From Neoechinorhynchus agilis (taxonomy: Eukaryota > Animalia > Acanthocephala), in NCBI GenBank assembly GCA_051530055.1, contig CM121342.1, forward strand, positions 12,725,480 to 12,789,479: a stretch of 64,000 bases of DNA, read 5' to 3'. A program made the position numbers and the translations under genes. Position 1 is the first letter of the stretch. The number at the start of each line of letters is the position of its first letter. This document shows, in pieces, positions 36,119 to 50,036 of this stretch. Below the pieces are notes generated by a model. It was not told the DNA's origin. It did no database searches and worked only from the letters and a program-made list of their open reading frames with translations.

Positions 36119-39100
36119 CTATATATACTCATGACAAACCGGTGGGTTTCGAAGTAAAATGAGTAACGGCGAGTAAATGATGCAGATTATGGCAATCACC
36201 ACTAGCATTCCATTGAATCCAATCATTCGAACAGCTAATCCGCCAAGTGACGGTCCTACAAGCAAATATTTTTTAATCCTCGCTTTCAAGCTCTTAAGAC
36301 TTGCCCAATGCGTATCCAAGACAGAAAGCAATATCACCGATGGCATAGACATTGGCGTATACTGAGGAGTGCCTTATATCGACAAGATGGGCGAAGGTTG
36401 GCATCATTGAAGCGTCAACCATTCCGATAGCTATTCCGATTATTCCATTTGGTACCAGAAGCGAAATTATATGATGAGCTGTGTGAATCTACGTGAAGCT
36501 CTTCAAGAATTTGGTGGGCAATTCAAAATTTTGCTTACGGTTAATAGGCCAATAGCGACTAATTGAAGGCCAATTAGACAACAGAGCCACCGTCCAAGCC
36601 AAAATGCTAATGATCCAAAAAGATTTGCACTTAATAAATATGTCACACTTGCAGGAAGGAAGACGCTACCTATTTCCAAGTTAGTCTCGGTAAATTAAGA
36701 GGCATCTTGAATATGGAAGGATCATAAGATACTGTCGTTCCACCCAAAGGCAAGTTAGATAGTCGATTTAGCGCAATTGACCATTATTTTTTACCTAGAC
36801 TTAGAAATGTTTTCAAAACTATTGTTGTTTGAAGATTGAATTATTCATGTTTGTTTACGGCGGAAAAATGAAAGAGTTTTATTAAATCCGATGTGTAAAA
36901 CTTACTAACAACCTTGATTAAAGCACAAGATTGTGCCGAAATATCGGATCTAATAAAACTCCTTCAATTTTCTGCGATAAACAAACAAGACTTGTTAAAA
37001 ATCAATCCTTGAGCATTGCTTTGATTTAATAAACCGCAAATTGGGATGGGATATGTTTTGAGCCTTACATTCGCTCAAATTAACGCGTACATCTCAAGTC
37101 TAACAAAAATGTGAAATTAAATCACACGAGACAGTTTAACTTTTCGTCTTAATGTTCAACCATCGCTTACTCAAAAGCCACTGAAGATTTTCGATTTTAT
37201 TGAATGAAGAATAAAGCTGTTACTACTGGTCCCGTCAAAAACGTGCCCTTGGAATATATGACAGTAAATTAAGGCAGAGTTAATTTATGGAAGCAGTGGA
37301 TACGAACAGAAAGGTGAGCGAGTTAAGAATTATTCACCGATTATCATAATGGCTGAATTTTTTGTTGAGAAACTTTCCAGCACAAGATCGCCATTATTCT
37401 AACAAGTAAATTTAGTTGCATATTTGAAAATATTTAATGAAAATCCATTTTTCTTTTTGTATTAATACTTGCCTTGTTGCCATTCTGATGCGTTCATCGT
37501 CGTTAACATCCACATTGGTAGTAATGGTTCCATCATCGCGATTCCAACATTGCCAAGTGCAAGAGCTCCTAATTGAGATTGATTCACTAATTCGCGATTG
37601 TGCTAAGGTACCTGTTGTAATGAGTATGTATGGATCCAACATAAGTTTCCAAACGGAGGGACCACGTTCTCGTTCCGGTTTGATTGATGGTTTAAGCCCA
37701 ATTAACTGAAGAGCTATTTTGGAGGGAAAGAATCTAATGCGCTGTTGATAGCACACCATAATCATGACATACCGCCGTTACAAATTGCCAAGACAATTAA
37801 GGTGTAAAAGGGAGCCTTCCTACCAACGAACTGGTACATAAATCCGCCAAAAGGTGGCCCAACTATTTTAAGATCCTTAAGGATATTGAACCGAAATCTC
37901 CCATACTTAGTACTCCAACTGCCAATCCACCTAAAGCAATTCCCATGCTTTTTCCGCGCTTCATATCGTCTTGAAAGTGATCCGCCAGCATGCCCAATCC
38001 TATTTTTTAAATATATTTAATTGGATGTTTTTCACGCGTACATTATTTAAAGAATAACCACAGAAGTCTAAATTGCAATAGAGAAACACGAACTGATGGT
38101 GGAATTAGAACTATTAAAAGGCATTTTCATCTATCAGTTTTATTATTAATCAGTGATTTACGAAACATGCTATACCAAAGTTGACTGTAGTCAAAATATC
38201 GTTAAAGCGACTACAATGAAAATGAACTCTTCTATTCTTCAATTGTTCATTTATCTCTTCCACATATATTAACTAAAGGTTGGAAAATAATTATTCAACA
38301 CTTCTCAAGTTAATAGAATGACACAAACGTTGCTATCCTTATTTTGGTCTACACAGTGACAAATACAGGATAAAAACTCTGACCATTAATAAATCTCCAA
38401 ATTTAAAATCAAACGCAAATTTAAGTCCGTCCGGATTTTCATAGAACGAAAACAAATTACGAGAATTTTTGAAGTTGCACATTTTGACTTCTTTTCCATA
38501 ACAATAATTTATCTTTATATCGCTAGACTTAAACGTTTTACTTCCACAAATAAATGCCAATGTTCGACTTAATCCAATACTTTCACTTAAACGCGATTCG
38601 AGACTTGCACGCTAGTTCATAATCTACTTTAAAATTCGTACCACGATATTTTTCAATCACATAGACAAAAATCGTGCCAACCTGCAACGCTTGACATTGA
38701 AGATCCAACTCCTTGTATAGCTCTTGCACAGAAAAGCACTCCATAATTCGATCCGTGAGCGAATACTAGTTTTCAAATCTTTGCTTAATCACTAAGGCTA
38801 GTTAGACTGTATGTGACTTACACAGGGTAGAAAACGACATTATTATAAGTCCAACGAATAGCGGAATACTGTATCCGACCCTTAAAAGAAGATATGGTAT
38901 TTCTAAGGGTAGATCAATTCACCGATTAATCGTAAATCCGACAAGTGGATTAAATAAAAGTTGGACAATAGCTTTGGATGCGAACATAATTCCAACTTTG
39001 GCGTTCTCTTTGCCGAGCCATTCTTGGTGACTAATGTTTGCTTGTGGTCCTAGTTTCCTCAAATCGATGTGATAAAGAAGATCGGGTACGATCGCGACTT

Positions 39101-39246
39101 TTAATATAGGTCAAATATAAATGATGAACGCTGACATGCTTACCTATACTTGTGAGGAGCATATTATCCAAAAACAAGGCTACAAAAACAACGACAATCA
39201 TAATCACATCGAATTTATCATAATCCGACAATGAGAATATTCCCAT
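36119..39246 (-). CDS. VMAT: vesicular monoamine transporter (SLC18A1/2-type), multi-exon
   Basis: [56 protein letters not shown] (VMAT rather than VAChT signature), [25 protein letters not shown]; most introns 42-59 nt plus two long ones; exact C-terminus uncertain. Confidence 0.93.
36848..36987. mobile_element. MITE-like element, family 1, in a VMAT intron
   Basis: About 45-bp TIRs TGTTTGTTTACGGCGGAAAAA.. / ..TTTTCTGCGATAAACAAACA. Confidence 0.65.
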
Positions 39247-39941
39247 TCTGGTTATAACGATGAAAGCACGACTTCTTTATTTGAAATGGAAACATGGGCT
39301 CCGCATTTGCACCATTGCAATCTTCAATCATCTAAGGCGTGCTGGAGCATATGCAGTGAGCGTAGGAAATTTAGCATTTACCATTATTTCGTGTGCATTT
39401 GAAGATAGGCGAGAGCTCAAATCAGACCGCGAAAAGGGGCGTCAAAACAAGATGGTATTCAACCCCCCTAAGATTACTTGACGGTACAACGATCATCAAA
39501 GAAGACGTGTTAATAAGTTTGTTTCTTTTTTACATTCCGGAACTGCGAACTTGCCCACAATTTACCTACCCAGCCATTTATATCTTATGCGAAACCTTAA
39601 ATCTACGCATAGAATTATATCCATCCTTCAATTTGATCTGTACACTTCATGAAAAAGGTATCGCATTTCACATTAAAATCAAATTGCGTCGCCATCACAG
39701 ATAGTATTTCACTTATTTTCTTTGAATATTCGCACTTCTTTTAGAAAGCCAACACAAGTATAATCTCGTAAACATTTCTTTGGCAATTCGTCTGCATTCC
39801 TGCTGTTGAATGCGAATCGTAGCGAGGATCATTCCTAATAAGTCACTGCTTCGCTGTTTTTTGTATATTAAGATTGCAATTTTCTAATTGTTTGATAATT
39901 CAATATTTAAAATCACGTCCAATCTCGCAACCGATGGAGGC

Positions 39942-40040
39942 AGTGCCCATAATGCTGGCTGCGTTTCTCCGCTGGACAACCATGTTTATCCTCTCTATTA
40001 AAAAAGTCTTACTCTTGTTGTCGAAGGTCGCTTCCCTCAA
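39942..40040 (-). mobile_element. CRE-like 3' remnant
   Basis: Minus-strand LREATFDNKSKTFLIERINMVVQRRNAASIMGT aligns with the 493-744 peptide. Confidence 0.7.
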
Positions 40041-42167
40041 CCAAATGCCTGTTTTTATTATCTTAATGTGCATATAAAAATATGAAAGTGGTGTATTAGC
40101 GTTGCGGTAAGAAACTCTTGATGCCCCGAAAAATTGTTACTTAAAATACCATTCTTTGGCAAAACTGCGGATGAACTTTAAATAAGCACTGAAGAGTTGA
40201 CAAATAAAAAAGAAAGTCGGTTGTTTTAATTGTCGCAAATCCAGGTTTTATGAAGCTTTATGTACATATCTAGCTAATTTGAATCAGTTAATTCTTAAAA
40301 AAGATACGAAGTTGCATTTTACTTGCAAGTGTTCATGTTACAAGCAAGGTTTAAAATTTATTCCACCTTTTCGATATAATGATTGTGATTTGTTATTAGC
40401 TCGCAGCCAATCAGCGTAATATCTCTGCTTGCACTATCACGGTAATGCCTTTCTCTTCCGGTATTGCACGATCGAAATTCGTCTTTCACTAACCGATAGT
40501 ATTTTAGACAACACCTTTAAGACTATAAAACTCACAACAATGCCCATCAAAATCGCTGAGGATTTAAGACACCAAGGAGATAATTTCCAACTTTTTGTTG
40601 AACAAAATTTTGTTTTTTCTCTTGCAAATAAAATTGCGCATACTTTTTGTTGTTTGTCATTTTCGTTTTTTGCCCAATCAATCGGTTTCCTCGCAAATTT
40701 TAATGTAGCTACATTCTACTTGAATAACACCTATCATGCATGTATAACATGATTTACTTAAATTATTAAAAAAATTCGTTTGATTTTTTACCTTTAATTA
40801 ACATCTCAATTGCTAAACTTTTACGTGCATTTTTAAAACCTGCACATCACTCATAGTAAAAAATTGTTACTAATATCAATGATTGTCGCTTTCGTGCAGC
40901 TATTAAACACACCCGTAAAATCCGGATCTGCTCAATACGATGTGTAATTTAATTTTGCAATTAATATCGTGCTCATTCTGCTGATCCCTCTATGCATACG
41001 TCAATGAAGCATTTAATCAAATTAATCCTCAATGTCGATAAAATAGCTTTTATTATCAATAACGCCATCTTACTTGTGCAGAAGATCTGAACAACTAAAT
41101 TTCTTTCTTTAATAAAACCCATCAGTAAAATAAACTTTCACGCCTTTTTTCACACAATATGTACTGATGATTTTATTGATAAAGCACAGAAATTTATTTA
41201 AATTAGTAGATGGGAAATTAGTATTATAAAAATCACATCATCATTCGTAATCTAAATTATGTACTTAATCCGTAAATATTTTCGGTAAAGTACAAAAAAT
41301 CAACACGATGTCGTTCATTTTTTTGGTTGAACGATCGAATAAGGTAACCTATCTAGGTGGAAATTTCTTTTCGAAGAAAAAAGAGGAAAATGATAATCCT
41401 TATGCAAGAATTTATTGATCGGACGTTTACACACTATTGAGTTCTATTCGATTTGAGGTTTTTGTAGAGATGCTGACTACTTTATCTTCTTATATATAGT
41501 TTTCCAAATCGTTCCTCTAATTTATAATACTAAATTATCTGCATATTGAGCGATACAATAAAACGGTTGGTAGTTGCAGATCACAAAAATGTCTTATGTG
41601 TTGTTCACCCATAATTAATTTCGAACAGAATTAAGTGTATGCCTCCTTTTTTTGTTTTAATTGGGCATTCAATAATAATGTAACCATAAAGAAGGCGAAT
41701 TTACCTCCAAATCATTAACCGCATCTATGCGCACATATTCAATCGATTATAGTTTAAACAGTCATACCATGTATATTTTCGATTCGATTGACAAATGTAC
41801 TCAATTGTGCTATGATTTACTCTCAAAGAGCGTTTGCTCCATGATCTGGGGTTACGATCAAATTTAGAGTTCCTGGATAAGGGCGCCAGTCATACCGGAC
41901 ATCCTTCCCAGTCGACATCTACAAGTGCTCCAGCGGCTAATTCAGCCTACCCTCCCAAACAAGCTATGTATGAGCTAAACATCACTCCTTGGGTGCAATC
42001 GTTCAACAATGATGGAATAAAACGTATAGATCGAATTACATATTACGTTAATACAATGCGGATTTTTGTCATTAATCATGAATGGTTGGTTCACCTGACC
42101 AAATTCACCCGATCCATACTATCAAATGCTACTTATACAATCTCTTCTTCGTCACAAAAAGAACAAC

Positions 42168-42297
42168 TTCTTGTGCATTTATCTACACCCGCATTTGAGT
42201 AATGAAGATAAAGATCTCTTCGAATCGTCCTTTTCTTGTGCATTTATCTACACCCGCATTTGAGTAATGAAGATAAAGATCTCTTCGAATCGTCCTT
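42168..42297. repeat. perfect 65-bp tandem duplication
   Basis: 42168-42232 equals 42233-42297. Confidence 0.95.
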
Positions 42298-43022
42298 CCA
42301 CCATAAAATAATTTTTTTCCATGGTCAACCGATCTCAGCCGCTATGGTTGAAGGAGCAAGACATGTCCGGGATGATTTATGTACCCGACGCTCTTGTGCT
42401 TTCAATTGCTTTGGAATTAATTTTTCGCAAGTCGAACTGCGGACAATACGAATTTATCTTTCCACGCTGTAATATCTGTCAAATGCGGTACCATTGATGT
42501 CAAAATTGCCCTTATAATGCCACTAAATGTTGTCACTGTGGGGACTCGAATCATGCTTCTGATAAATGTCAGAATCCCCGAAGTTGACGTTGTGCCAATT
42601 GTCAAGGAAAAGTTTGATAATTTTTTTAAACCTGAACCTTTTTTATTTCCGCATAACGTCGTTGCTAAGTTCCCAGATCCATCTCTTCGCCACTCGGAAT
42701 CGTCGTAAGGACACTCGCAGCGTTGCCGCGCTGGATCGTGAGACCTATGTTTTACAGGAAGAACATTCCTGCTCTTGGGTCTCCGGTTGCGATCCTCCTC
42801 TTCCTTGACAGATCCGCCGTGAAGTTCTTGGCCTCACACAGAAGGTTCCGAGCGTCTCAACGCCGAAAGGACGAAGTGGTGATGCAGCCTTTTTTCAAAG
42901 AATGTCTAGAATTTAAAAAATACTGGGCTTTGTTCAATAAGAGAAGTACTTCTCCTCGTCAATCCATCACAGTAACTCATCATTCTGCTCCCGTCTCGGT
43001 ACCCTCTCGATCTGCAAACTAG
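42236..43022 (+). pseudogene. possible PIF1-type helicase remnant (Helitron-like)
   Basis: TVGTRIMLLINV, VVAKFPDP and FYRKNIP resemble PIF1 motifs; broken frames; weak. Confidence 0.3.
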
Positions 43023-43718
43023 TTTACTAAGATATTCGTCGCAAACTACTTAAACAGTTAATTTGTTACACTTGAACATTCGGATCATCGTTTGGAGGAA
43101 ACCTATAATCGTCTCCTTACATTAATGTAATCTCGCATCACAGAAGCTATAGTAATCGACGAAAAGAAAATAAGCTCACTTATTTCAAAGATCATTAATC
43201 TTCCTGGTATTCTCCAATCAATTATGACGAATACCAATTCCTCCCTTTTGAAGAGATCTAACTCATTTGAACATCCTTGAGAGGACGTTCACATTGGCTT
43301 CAAAGAGAACGATTCCGAATTTGTCAAAGGTATCATTGAAGATCAATCTTCTCATATCAGCTATGGTGTTGCGTTTCTTATTCGTGGCTCAAAATCGAAG
43401 ATCAGGAAAATCCCCAAGAAACCCGTAGCTCCAATAAGCTCAGGTAATGGTAGAGCGTTTTCGCTTATTACAGTGGAATTGTGGCACGCGACCAATCTCT
43501 CCAATATTACGCATCTTATTCCTGGAATATCTATTTTTTTAAAACAAAAATCTAAAAGTTTGTATAATCCTTCTCGATCTTTCAACTTACTACCTCATTT
43601 CAACTATTTAGATTACGTTTAGTTTTTTACAGAACCTTTTAGTTCCGCTTCGTGGGGTCTCATCTCGGTTTTTCGTTCCTTTTAATCTCACTGTTATCTC
43701 TTACGGGTATCGAATGAA

Positions 43719-44087
43719 TTGTCTTATTTTCTTTATAAATTTTTATTAAATTATCTACAACTCACTATTGTTAATCTGTATATTCGACCTGGTTTTGTCC
43801 ATCGTCCTCAAGTTAAGGAGATTTTAAAGGGGCGTCTTAAACCAAGCATTGACTTTATTGTTGGTGACTTTAATGACCCTTCATTGAAATGGGCCAAAGC
43901 CATAGTCAAGACAATTGAACCCCTTTATGATCTTTCTCTGTCTTCATCTCCTACTTATCATAATATAACTAAGGATGTCCAATCTTTTTTAGACATTATT
44001 ATTCTCAAGAATAGTCTTAATTTACTACCTCAAGTTGACCGGCAAGTATCCCTTTTTCACTTAGCTGGTCATTCTCGGCATTTCTAG
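43719..44087 (+). mobile_element. LINE APE endonuclease remnant
   Basis: TIVNLYIRP, FIVGDFN, PTY, LDII. Confidence 0.7.
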
Positions 44088-44321
44088 GCAGCTCGTGGTC
44101 GGCAACAGCTTAAATCTGCTGCTGCTGGTTTAAAATCTCTTACTCCATTTTCTTCAAAATGGTGGCTTACCTTTTCTAACAAGAAATTTATAAGCTGAAA
44201 ATCAAAACTTTCTGTTTGGTTAAAAGACTCGACTTTGGACAATATGATTTCCACTCATCATCTTGCGTTAAAGGCTCCAGTACTTCTATAATTTTCCGCA
44301 GATTATATATAAACCGTTCTG

Positions 44322-44535
44322 ATCTTCTCGTCAACTCAATCGTTCAACGTTCTCTCTCATCAACTCAATCGTTCTCTCTCTCGTCAACTCAATGGTTCTC
44401 TCTCCCGTCAACTCAAAAGTTCTCTCTCTACAACTCAACGTTCTTCCTCTCGTTAACGTTCTCTCTCGTCAATCGTCAACGTTCAACGTTCTCTTTCTCG
44501 TCAATCGTCAAAGAACAACGTTCTCTCTCTCGTCC
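44322..44535 (+). repeat. degenerate minisatellite of about 21-nt units in the LINE 5' region
   Basis: Repeats of TCTCTCTCGTCAACTCAATCGT-like units. Confidence 0.8.
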
Positions 44536-44539
44536 GTCA

Positions 44540-47500
44540 TAAACACTTGCAATCAATGCCGAGGCCAAAGCACCCAACCACCAAGCTCGTCCCCTGTGAC
44601 ATGGACGATTGTCAGGTTAAAACCCAAATATTCGTCTCAAGTACCTGGATAGCAGGCAGGAAATTCATTTGCGGTTTCTGTGCAGCTGCCTTGCTCAAAC
44701 CTTGTTCTCCGGTTTCCTCCCTTCCCAATAAGTACTTAAACCCTAACCGCTAACAAACCCCCAAACCCCAACCCCTTCCATCTTTAGTTTCCCAACCCAA
44801 ATCTCCTCTTCCTCACTTTATTCTTCAAATACTTTCCACCCACCCTTTGCTGTCTCCGCCCTCCAAGACTCCTCTCCACACTCAAATTCGACTTCTCAAC
44901 AATCTTCTCCCTTCCTTAATTCCGTTCATATCATCCCGCATAACCCTCTTCCCTCGTCCCTGCACTCTAAGTCTCACTCTGCTCCACCATTAAAACCGAA
45001 CCCCCCATCCTCCTCGACCGCATCTTCCCCCACCTCCTCTCTAGCACCCCGTACTGCTAGAAAATACCAGAAACCCCTCCCATCCTTCTACGATTACGTT
45101 TCAACTTTAGCCCCATCAAAACCTACCACCTTCTCTCCTGTACCCCGATTTTCTAGTAAAAAGCACGCACCCCTACCATCCTTCAACGACTACATTAAGC
45201 ATCCCTCGCCTCGTAAATTAACTCCTCCTAAACCTCTCTCATCCTTGCTGCCTAAAACCACTATTCCGCACCCTACCAAATCTGGAAATTTTCGCTTTGC
45301 CCCTCAGAAGCGAAAAATACCTTGGACGCTCACACTACCTCACCTCTTAACACCTCCTTTTCAACTCCCAATCCCGCATGCACAGTTCCCACCCTTATGG
45401 TCCCTACACTCAAATCACACCTTAATACTGTGTCCACCCACGAATCCCTTACCACCGAACTACCCCACCGGTCAACTCCCAACCCTTCTCTCTCTACGCA
45501 GCTTCAACCCTCTCCGTCAGTGTCCATCCCTCATGTCCCTTCTAAACATCCCTTTCCAATAATCTTTTATTCTAACATCCGCAGTCTCCTCCCCAAACTG
45601 GATGAGCTCCATATAGTGGCCTCTTCTTGCAACGCCGACATCCTTGTAATTACAGAAACACGGCTCTCGCCCATAGCAAATTATCTGCCTTCCTTCCAAA
45701 CTTTCAAGCTTTTCACCTCACAAGGGATTTCCGAAACGGGGGAGGCATATCGATCTTCATCCGCACCTCTCTCTTACCATTGCTCTTCACCCTACCTTTT
45801 CATCTCCGACGATCTTGAATGGCTACACATCCAACTTCATTTCCCCCTCCGCAATGGCCAACATGAGATCTCTATCGCTGGCCTTTATCGCCCTCCTTCC
45901 TCAAACATCCCCAACACACTTCAACAAATAGACCGCGATTTGAACAAACTGCCGATCCCGCCCTCGCTCTCTCATATTTCCCAACTCGTTACTTTACCCA
46001 CACGCTTCTCCTCCCGCCTTGATAAAAATTTCTCAAACATCATGCAATACCCGTGCACTACCACGCCTCGTCTGACCATTGTTCCATCCTTCTCTCCCCC
46101 GCATCACCTCAAAAACGTACCTTTCCGACCCCTACGTTGTCTGGGATAAGCGTGACCATCATACCCACGCCTTTGCTGTGTGTGTCAATTCTCTTATCAC
46201 GTAAAACCGCTCTACCATCTTTGGTACCGACCCCTCGATTGCCGTGGGCTCTTTGTTAAATCTAATAGAATCTGCGATGAAGGCCTCCTTTCCTCGCAAA
46301 ACAATACGAATATCGAACCGCGACCCTCCATGGTTCTCGTCTTTTCTAAAACCCTTCAAATCCAGGTAACCAAAGCCTTCCGGTCAGGCAATCCCGCTTA
46401 CCCCTCCCTCCACTCCACACTGACCAAACGCATCCGAATAGCCCGCAAAGTATTCCTCTCATCTCGTCTCTCGTCTGTTCCCAATCGAAACTTTTGGCGT
46501 GAAATAAAAAATGTCACTGGTCTTGGTAGATCCACCCCCTTCGCATCTCTCCACAAATCTGATCTCTCGATCCTCAACACCACGAATAAAAACCTCTGTC
46601 CTCCCCAAACCTCCTCTCAATTGTTCCAACCTCCCTTCTCACTTTCGGACCCGTCCATTCATACATGCCCTTCCTTAGTTTACCCTCTCGAAATCCTAGA
46701 GATCCTTAAACGCCTACTCCGCCGTTCTTCCCCTAATTCGACTATCCCAAATTGGGCCATTCGTTTCATCATCCCGGAACTTATCGATCCTCTAACGCAC
46801 ATAACGAACCTTAGCTTTCTATTGGGCTCTTTCCCATCGTGTCTTAAGGAAGCCCGTGTCGTCCCCCTACCCAAAAACAATAAACGGATTTCCCCCACAT
46901 CCTTTCGTCTCATCTCTATCCTCTCACCTTTCTCTAAAATCTTAGAAAAATGTTTTAAAACCCGCCTACTTCCCTTCTTCCTCAAAAACATCTCCCCTTC
47001 CCAATTCGCTTTCCGTCCCAATTACTCTTGTTCTGATGCCCTCCTCTGCATCTACGATACGCTTGTGCGCAGCTTAGATTCCAATCCAGAATCAATCGTC
47101 CGTCTCGTGCAACTGGATATTTCCAGGGCGTTCGAGTCGGTCGATCACTTTCTTCTCTCCAATCATGTGCTTCTTTTGGCCTCCCAACCTGGCAACTCTC
47201 TTGGATTTCCTCTCCAACCGCAAACAATATATTCAATGTGGAACTTCTTGCTCCTCTTCTCTACCCATATTTAAAGGTATCCTCCAAGGCGCCGTACTTT
47301 CCCCTCTCCTTTTTGACATTTTTCTAAATGACCTTCATCCCCTCACTCCCCCTACCAAATATTTTCTCTATGCCGATGACCTCACAGTCATTATCATCGC
47401 ATCTCCCCCTCTCCCCCCTCTCCGCAACCATGGACGAGCTCAACCATCTCATTTCCTCGCTCTCCACCCTAAACCTCTCCCTAAATTTATCCAAATCTTT

Positions 47501-48050
47501 TGAGCTTGTCCCCCACATTTCCAAACGCAACCTTATCCCCGCGCCTCTCCCTCTCCCCATCCAACGCTCCTCTTCTCTCCGAATACTGGGCCTGATTTTA
47601 CAAGAAAACCTTAAATGGGATGCCCACATTTCATTTACACTCTCTACAACAAACCCTCGTTTTTACCTTCTCAAACTCCTCCGGCGTCTCGGCGTTTCTT
47701 CTAAACACCTTGCACACTTTTATCTCTCTGCCATCCTCCCTATCCCTTCATACGCTTTCCCCACTTTAATCGCCCTTTCCGCCAATGCCCTCCATTCCCT
47801 CGCAACCTTCCACAAGAGAGCAGCGAGAATATGTGGGAATTCACTTCCTCCCCTCGACGCCCACCTCCACTCCATTTTCTCCAAAAACGCCCTCCCTCTC
47901 CTTCAACCCCCTCCACAATTTTCTTCCCTCATCTCTAAATACTCTTCCCTAGTAAACACCCGGAACCCCAACCTTTTTCATCCCCCTAGCTCGTACCACC
48001 CTCTACCAAAAATCCTTTCTCCCCCAAACCCAATCTTTCCTTAACAACAG
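44540..48050 (+). mobile_element. CR1/L2-group LINE (PHD-like ORF1, APE plus RT ORF2), frameshifted
   Basis: ORF1 C..C..FICGFC; EN SNIRSL..VITET; RT LDISRAF, QGAVLSPLLF, YADDL, LRILGL..LKW. Confidence 0.88.
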
Positions 48051-48289
48051 GAGAACAAGGAAAGACTCCCAATCGGTCATTCTCCTGTAAAACTCCAAAT
48101 ACAAATCCCACCTCCCTGTCTCAACATCCGACATCCAGACAACTTCAGCAAAGATAGATGCTGACAATTGTATGGATCGTTCTTCTTAATCAATAAAACG
48201 TGTTTATAATATCTTGAAAGTTTGGGCGTTCAATCACAAAACATCTCGTTTTATAGCTTTTCTGGTGCTAAAATTTTAAACCTTCTCTC

Positions 48290-49740
48290 GCATGATTGCA
48301 TCCTTTACATTGCAAATTTTATGCTTATATCTCCGACCTATTTTTCTTGTTAAGAATGGGGAATCTATTAAGGCTCCGCCTGGGCGTCGTTGGATCTCGC
48401 TTCAAAACTCCTTAGTCACTATTTATGAGTGCGCTTTTCCTCACCGCCTCAATCTCTCCATCGAGGACATGAATCGCAACATTTTTATTAATGGTATAGC
48501 TGAATCCGATGTTGCAGACCTTTTCGCCTCTTATGTACACAGCCGCCACAAGATTCTTCGTATCGGTCAATTCCTTTTCCCGGCATTCACTCTACTATTC
48601 TTCATCCATTAACTGTTATGCGCATTCCATCCAAAAATCCCTTTAACCCGTGCCACGTCTCCTCAAAGTAACTTTTAATTCACCACTCGTAGCCTCTCTC
48701 ATTCTTAACAGGAGATACAAACTCCTCATTTCACAACTTTCTAATCGTATCTATCCACATAAAAACCTCCCTACGTTCGACAATACCCAAAAAACTCATT
48801 AAATTATCCAATAGTGACCCATCTTGGTTGAAACATCTTCAAAAGCAAGCATCTAAGGTCCATCGCAATAAATCTCATGCTTTTCTCCGTTTGCAAAAAG
48901 TACTATCCGACAAAATACTTCTTACCCTCAAAAACTTCCTTTCCTCCAAAATTCGTTCAGGTGGCAATTCAACATGGTGACGCGGAGCCCTGTTCCGATT
49001 TCGGTCTAAACTTGTGGCAGATCCACGGGCAAGCCTCTTATCTTCACAGTCTCAAAGAATACATTCATTGCCTGTCAAACTCCTCGATGATCGGCATATT
49101 CCTCACTAAAGGCGTATCTTAAACTGCCGTCATGTCACCACTTTACTTTAATATTTTCCGAAGCGACCTTGAATCTATATCCTCTCACTCTAAACTTTTC
49201 TTATATGCCGACGATCTCACCCTCATCGCTTCTCTAAATGCTTCGAAGTGATCCCCCACTCTCCCGCAGCCCCATATCCTATTATGATCTTTTAAATGAA
49301 ATCCGACGATTCACCTCCCTAAGAATCCTGGGTTTCCAATTTCAATCCAACTTGAAATGGGAATCGTCAAATGCAACACTTTTCCAAAATTCACTACAGC
49401 TTTATCTTACCCTGCATAACCTATGATTATCCCGTCTTTTCCAACTTGTCCAAATCGCAAATCCGTCGCATTGAAACGTTTCATGGAAGAGCCTCTAAAT
49501 TTTGCACGGCTAATTTTCCCCCTCTCACAGAATACCTTTATAAAATTCTCTCGAAACAATCAAAACGCATATCAACCCTACCATCACAATTTTTACCACA
49601 TTTTATTTCCCCTTTCAAATGATTACAACACTCGCAATCCCAATCTCTTTGATCTTTCCTCAATCTCGCAACTCCCTCTACCTCTGCTTATTTTTCCATA
49701 TTGCTCAATCTTCTCTTGTATCATAACCTGAAATGAACTT
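48290..49740 (+). pseudogene. second, more decayed CR1/L2-like LINE
   Basis: QG..LSPLYF, LYADDL, SLRILGFQFQSNLKW fragments. Confidence 0.7.
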
Positions 49741-50036
49741 GAGGAAAGATCGAAAACCCTACTTCACAAATTTCCGACAACACCTCTCAAAGAACCTAGT
49801 AAACGCTAATGGTCGTGCGTTCGCGAGGAACCAGAGGTAAATCGTTCCTCTACCTTGTTTCAATAAAAGGCGTTCAAAAAAAGCTTATGACTCATAATCC
49901 TAGTTTCCGTTTAATTCGCCTTCATTCCTTATCATTTAGACAAAGCAAGTATCGTTATAAGCAACGATTTCTTGTGGGGCATACATTCCAGAACTGTTTC
50001 CAACGATAAACGGGTAGTTTTTGATTAGCGTGGCAA

